Assembly (NCBI GenBank): GCA_026387805.1
Contig: JAPLKY010000206.1
Span: forward strand, 1 to 47,593
Length of the DNA: 47,593 bases
Source: Candidatus Krumholzibacteriia bacterium
GTDB lineage: Bacteria > Krumholzibacteriota > Krumholzibacteriia > Krumholzibacteriales > Krumholzibacteriaceae
Direction of reading: 5' to 3'
The notes under the pieces are model-generated. The model was not told the DNA's origin, ran no database searches, and saw only the letters and a list, made by a program, of their open reading frames with translations. Every line of letters starts with the position of its first letter. Position 1 is the stretch's first letter. Shown here one piece after another: positions 44,862-47,593 of the stretch. The position numbers and the translations under genes are program-made.

Positions 44862-45308
44862 ATGGCTATCGTAAGATGTAATCCCGTCAGGGATATGCTG
44901 GGGCTTCAGGATGAGATGAACATGCTGCTGGGCGATTTCTTCGGCGTGGACAAGCGCGGGGAGGAAACCAGGTTCATCCGCTGGGCTCCTCGTGTCGACA
45001 TCGTCGAGCAAGACGGCGGCTACGAGCTCGTCGCCGACCTTCCCGGCTTGAAGAAGGAAGACATCAAGATCGAGATCCAGGACAACACGCTCACCCTCAG
45101 GGGCGAGAAGAAGCTCGAAGATGAAAAGAAGGACAAGAACTACCGTCTCTGCGAGCGGTATTACGGCGAGTTCGTCCGAACCTTCACGCTTCCCGAGAAC
45201 GTCAACCAGGACGGCATCGTCGCCGAGTTCAAGGACGGGGTCCTCACGCTCGAGATCCCGAAGACCGAGAAGGCGCAGCCGAAACAGATCGAAGTGAAGG
45301 TGAAGTAG
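44862..45308 (+). CDS. Hsp20/alpha-crystallin family small heat-shock protein
   Basis: The ATG at 44862 lies 8 nt after GGGAGG (the track's GTG at 44832 is an alternative). The alpha-crystallin domain reads PRVDIVEQDGGYELVADLPGLKKEDIKIEIQDNTLTLRGEKK...GEFVRTFTLPENV...AEFKDGVLTLEIPK. Confidence 0.9.
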   Translation: MAIVRCNPVRDMLGLQDEMNMLLGDFFGVDKRGEETRFIRWAPRVDIVEQDGGYELVADLPGLKKEDIKIEIQDNTLTLRGEKKLEDEKKDKNYRLCERYYGEFVRTFTLPENVNQDGIVAEFKDGVLTLEIPKTEKAQPKQIEVKVK

Positions 45309-45364
45309 ATCTCTGGCCTGCCTCCAGAGAGCCCGGCCGCGTGCAATCCGCGGCCAAAACGAAA

Positions 45365-45390
45365 GGCGCCCGATCGCGGGCGCCTTTTTT
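45365..45390. terminator. rho-independent terminator, probably bidirectional (between convergent hsp20 and the TldD/PmbA-like gene)
   Basis: GGCGCCCG-atcg-CGGGCGCC is followed by TTTTTT. The upstream side is A-rich (ccaaaacgaaa), which gives a T-tract on the other strand. Confidence 0.75.
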
Positions 45391-45436
45391 CATTGCCGCG
45401 CTTCGTCATCCATTCCCCCGCGCTCTCCCATCCTCG

Positions 45437-47224
45437 CTATCGCGCGAAGTACGGATGCTCGGCGACGGGCGGTTTCGGCACGTCGTCGCCGGGCCTCTTG
45501 AGCGTGATCTCCTCGAAGAGCAAATCCGGCGTCACTACGGTAATGACGGGGGCGCTGGCGCTTGCCGAGCCGAATATCGCCGCGAGTCTCTCGGCTATGG
45601 CGGACATCCCCTCCCGCGTGTAGGGGAGCGTGACCGACGACGACGCATCGGAGGCGGCTACAATATCTCTGAAGGATGAAACGTCGACATCGTCGAAGGC
45701 TACGTTCCGCACGACTTCCTCCCGACCGTCCGGGTAGATCCTGTACGCGGCCAGTGCCGATTCGAGACCCGGGCTCTGTCCGCCCCCTCCCATGATCCGC
45801 ATCGCGGAGCTCATGAGATCGCTGGAGGCGGGGATCAGGTAAGGATTCCCCATGCGGCGCACAATGATTCCGTATTCGAGCCCACGTTCCTTGACGAGGG
45901 AAACGAGCCTCTCGCGGAGCTTCTTCTCCTTCAGCCCGCCCTGCGCGGTCAGGATGACGTTCGTCGGCGAGGCCCCTTCGCCGCGCCGGTTCCCCGTGCT
46001 TTTCAGAGCCCCGCGCGCCGGATTGCGGGTGCCGAGAAGGGCCTTCAACATTCCCCCTTCAACGAGAACCGTTCTGCCCGCGGGCACTCCGTCGTCATCG
46101 ATGGAATAACCCCCGAGGAGCCGCGCCGACCCGACGCGATCGAGCGCCGGATCGTCCTCGAGCTTCATGAAAACGGGAAGGACCCGCGCTCCGATCTTAT
46201 CGGCCATGCTGCTCCCCTGTCTCCGGAGGAACATTTCCATCTGAGCATTATCCGTGACCATCTGCCGGGATGCAATGAGGCGCGGCAAGAAGACCTGGGC
46301 GAGGAGCTCGGCCGCCGCCTGACCCTCGAAGAGAACGGGGCCGTTGTACGTTTCGAGGATCTGCCCGGCGCTCATCTCCTTCATGCGGACGCCGACCGCT
46401 CGAACTTCCCCGGCGAGCTTCTCCTTCGGGGGAAGATCTCCCATCGTGCGGCCGAAGAAGGCGGCGAAATCCCGAACCGGGAGTCCGTCCGGAGCGTACC
46501 CTTCGGCGCGCGCGAGGAGGCTTACCCCGGGATCGCTCCGCTTGAATTCGGTCCCCTCGCTGTTGACGTAACGCGTGAGCACGGTCGTGCCGTACAGGCT
46601 CACGCTCGAGGAGGAAACCTCCGGCATCTCCCGGAAGAGAATCGAGAGCTCCTTTACGAGAGCGCCGGCCTGCGCGAGATCCGGCGGCGGGCCTGCGGGG
46701 GCATCGAAGACCGCGGCGGGCTCCGCCGGGGCAAAATCGCTCAACTCCTCCGTCCGGGTCTTGTTCTCCAAGGCCGCTCTCTTCTTCGAGAGCTTCTCGA
46801 GGGCTTGCTTGTACGCCGCGTCCGTGGCCAGCCAGAGCTTGCGCTTGATCTCCCGGTAGCTGTCGTCGAGGGGAATATCGTTTGATTCGCCCATGCCGAA
46901 CAACGTGCCCTGATCAAACTGGAGAGAGAAATAGTTGGTGTTGTCCAGCGCCGCGTCCCCGATCCGCACCTCGACCTTGAGATTTCGTTTCTTCGTCTCG
47001 CTGCTCGTGACCAGGCTGCCGAAGGTGGCCTCCGCGCGGATCGCGATCGTTTCATCGATGCGGAACGCGATGAAGTACGGTTTCTCGAGGTTTTCCACGC
47101 GCAGGCTCTGCATCGATCGAGCCATCTCGTCTTTCATTGCCTGCATGATCCCGTCCGGCTCGGCGCCATGCCCGGGGCCCGCGAGGAAGAGCAGGACGAG
47201 AAGAATACTATGAATGCGGTACAT
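45437..47224 (-). CDS. exported TldD/PmbA-family (metallopeptidase-like) protein
   Basis: 595 aa with signal peptide MYRIHSILLVLLFLAGPGHG-AEP. The N-terminal pattern (KPYFIAFRIDETIAIRAEATFGSL...RNLKVEVRIGD) and overall layout resemble the family. The C-terminus lacks the GxCGK-type motif. Confidence 0.55.
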   Translation of the reverse strand: MYRIHSILLVLLFLAGPGHGAEPDGIMQAMKDEMARSMQSLRVENLEKPYFIAFRIDETIAIRAEATFGSLVTSSETKKRNLKVEVRIGDAALDNTNYFSLQFDQGTLFGMGESNDIPLDDSYREIKRKLWLATDAAYKQALEKLSKKRAALENKTRTEELSDFAPAEPAAVFDAPAGPPPDLAQAGALVKELSILFREMPEVSSSSVSLYGTTVLTRYVNSEGTEFKRSDPGVSLLARAEGYAPDGLPVRDFAAFFGRTMGDLPPKEKLAGEVRAVGVRMKEMSAGQILETYNGPVLFEGQAAAELLAQVFLPRLIASRQMVTDNAQMEMFLRRQGSSMADKIGARVLPVFMKLEDDPALDRVGSARLLGGYSIDDDGVPAGRTVLVEGGMLKALLGTRNPARGALKSTGNRRGEGASPTNVILTAQGGLKEKKLRERLVSLVKERGLEYGIIVRRMGNPYLIPASSDLMSSAMRIMGGGGQSPGLESALAAYRIYPDGREEVVRNVAFDDVDVSSFRDIVAASDASSSVTLPYTREGMSAIAERLAAIFGSASASAPVITVVTPDLLFEEITLKRPGDDVPKPPVAEHPYFAR

Positions 47225-47235
47225 ATTCGATCCTC

Positions 47236-47593
47236 CTATCGGCCCAGGGTGCCGCGCTCTGGCGCGGGAAGAAGCGGCGGCCGCTCTTGCGATTTCTCTT
47301 TCTTCTGCACCTCTATCTGATCCACGAGGATCGCGGGGGAGACGCAGGAGGTCGGCACCCCGCCCGACTCGGCGCCGCAGGTGCCGTTGAAGACCGCGAG
47401 TTCGTCGTCGCCCGCCGCGATACGGCTGAACGCGGTAAGCGGCGTGCCGATGAGATCGACGCCGCGCACGAGCTCCTCTCGGCCGTCGGGGAAGATGCGA
47501 TATACGAGCGTCGGGACGACGTTGAAGGCGTTCGGCATCGTGCGCCCGGTCATGGTGATTCCGCCCACGATGTCGTCGAAGAAGAGACCGTAC
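47236..47593 (-). CDS. TldD/PmbA-family protein, C-terminal part only (gene continues beyond the window)
   Basis: The frame is open to the window end. The C-terminal FNGTCGAESGGVPTSCVSPAILVDQIEV matches the conserved G-x-C-G-K/A...VP-V/T-S tail of TldD/PmbA proteins. Confidence 0.6.
   Translation of the reverse strand, partial: YGLFFDDIVGGITMTGRTMPNAFNVVPTLVYRIFPDGREELVRGVDLIGTPLTAFSRIAAGDDELAVFNGTCGAESGGVPTSCVSPAILVDQIEVQKKEKSQERPPLLPAPERGTLGR

Noticed and set aside
1-47593. CRISPR arrays, rRNA/tRNA genes, IS elements or integrases, and toxin-antitoxin pairs next to the Fic gene.
   Set aside because: I saw no regularly spaced direct repeats, no structured-RNA signatures and no transposase or recombinase motifs in any frame. 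The Fic gene's upstream partner, if there is one, lies outside the window.

Overview
This 47.6-kb window most likely comes from an uncultivated, high-GC, diderm bacterium. That origin is inferred from several FlgD-Ig/T9SS-type C-terminal sorting domains, many lipoboxes and an outer-membrane beta-barrel ending in Phe. I recognised no rRNA, tRNA, CRISPR array, transposase or integrase. The window falls into three blocks.

(i) 1-12.6 kb, roughly 65-70% GC. It holds a 5'-truncated Fic protein, a secreted beta-helix protein and an MtfA-like M90 peptidase. These are followed by a tandem duplication of an uncharacterised two-gene cassette: an ~847-aa secreted protein with acidic Ca-binding-type repeats and a sorting-type C-terminal domain (CTD), translationally coupled to a ~742-aa lipoprotein.

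(ii) ~12.7-37.7 kb, visibly lower GC (about 37-57% in hand-counted lines), made up of accessory genes. These include:
- a cohesin lipoprotein next to a 995-aa HExxH protein that carries a dockerin plus a T9SS-type CTD;
- an outer-membrane protein (OMP) and a small secreted protein;
- a three-gene operon of LuxI/FeeM-like N-acyl synthase, B12-binding radical SAM (rSAM) enzyme and PCMH/VAO-type flavoprotein, followed by a TonB-C protein;
- an ECF sigma, an anti-sigma-like membrane protein and two exported TPR-CHAT (caspase-like) paralogs, plus a decayed third CHAT C-terminus;
- a PKD-metzincin lipoprotein and several small secreted proteins;
- a decayed T9SS-cargo pseudogene.

(iii) 37.8-47.6 kb, high GC again. 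It holds a HlyD + 2 ATPase + 2 ABC-2 permease operon, PolX, Hsp20 and two exported TldD/PmbA-family genes.

Most long plus/minus 'shadow' ORFs in the GC-rich flanks are rejected as artefacts. The best candidates for undescribed biology are the exported ECF/anti-sigma/TPR-CHAT module, the N-acyl-synthase/rSAM/flavoprotein cluster, the duplicated two-gene surface cassette and the cohesin-dockerin pair. All functional calls rest on motifs read by eye. No database search was run.
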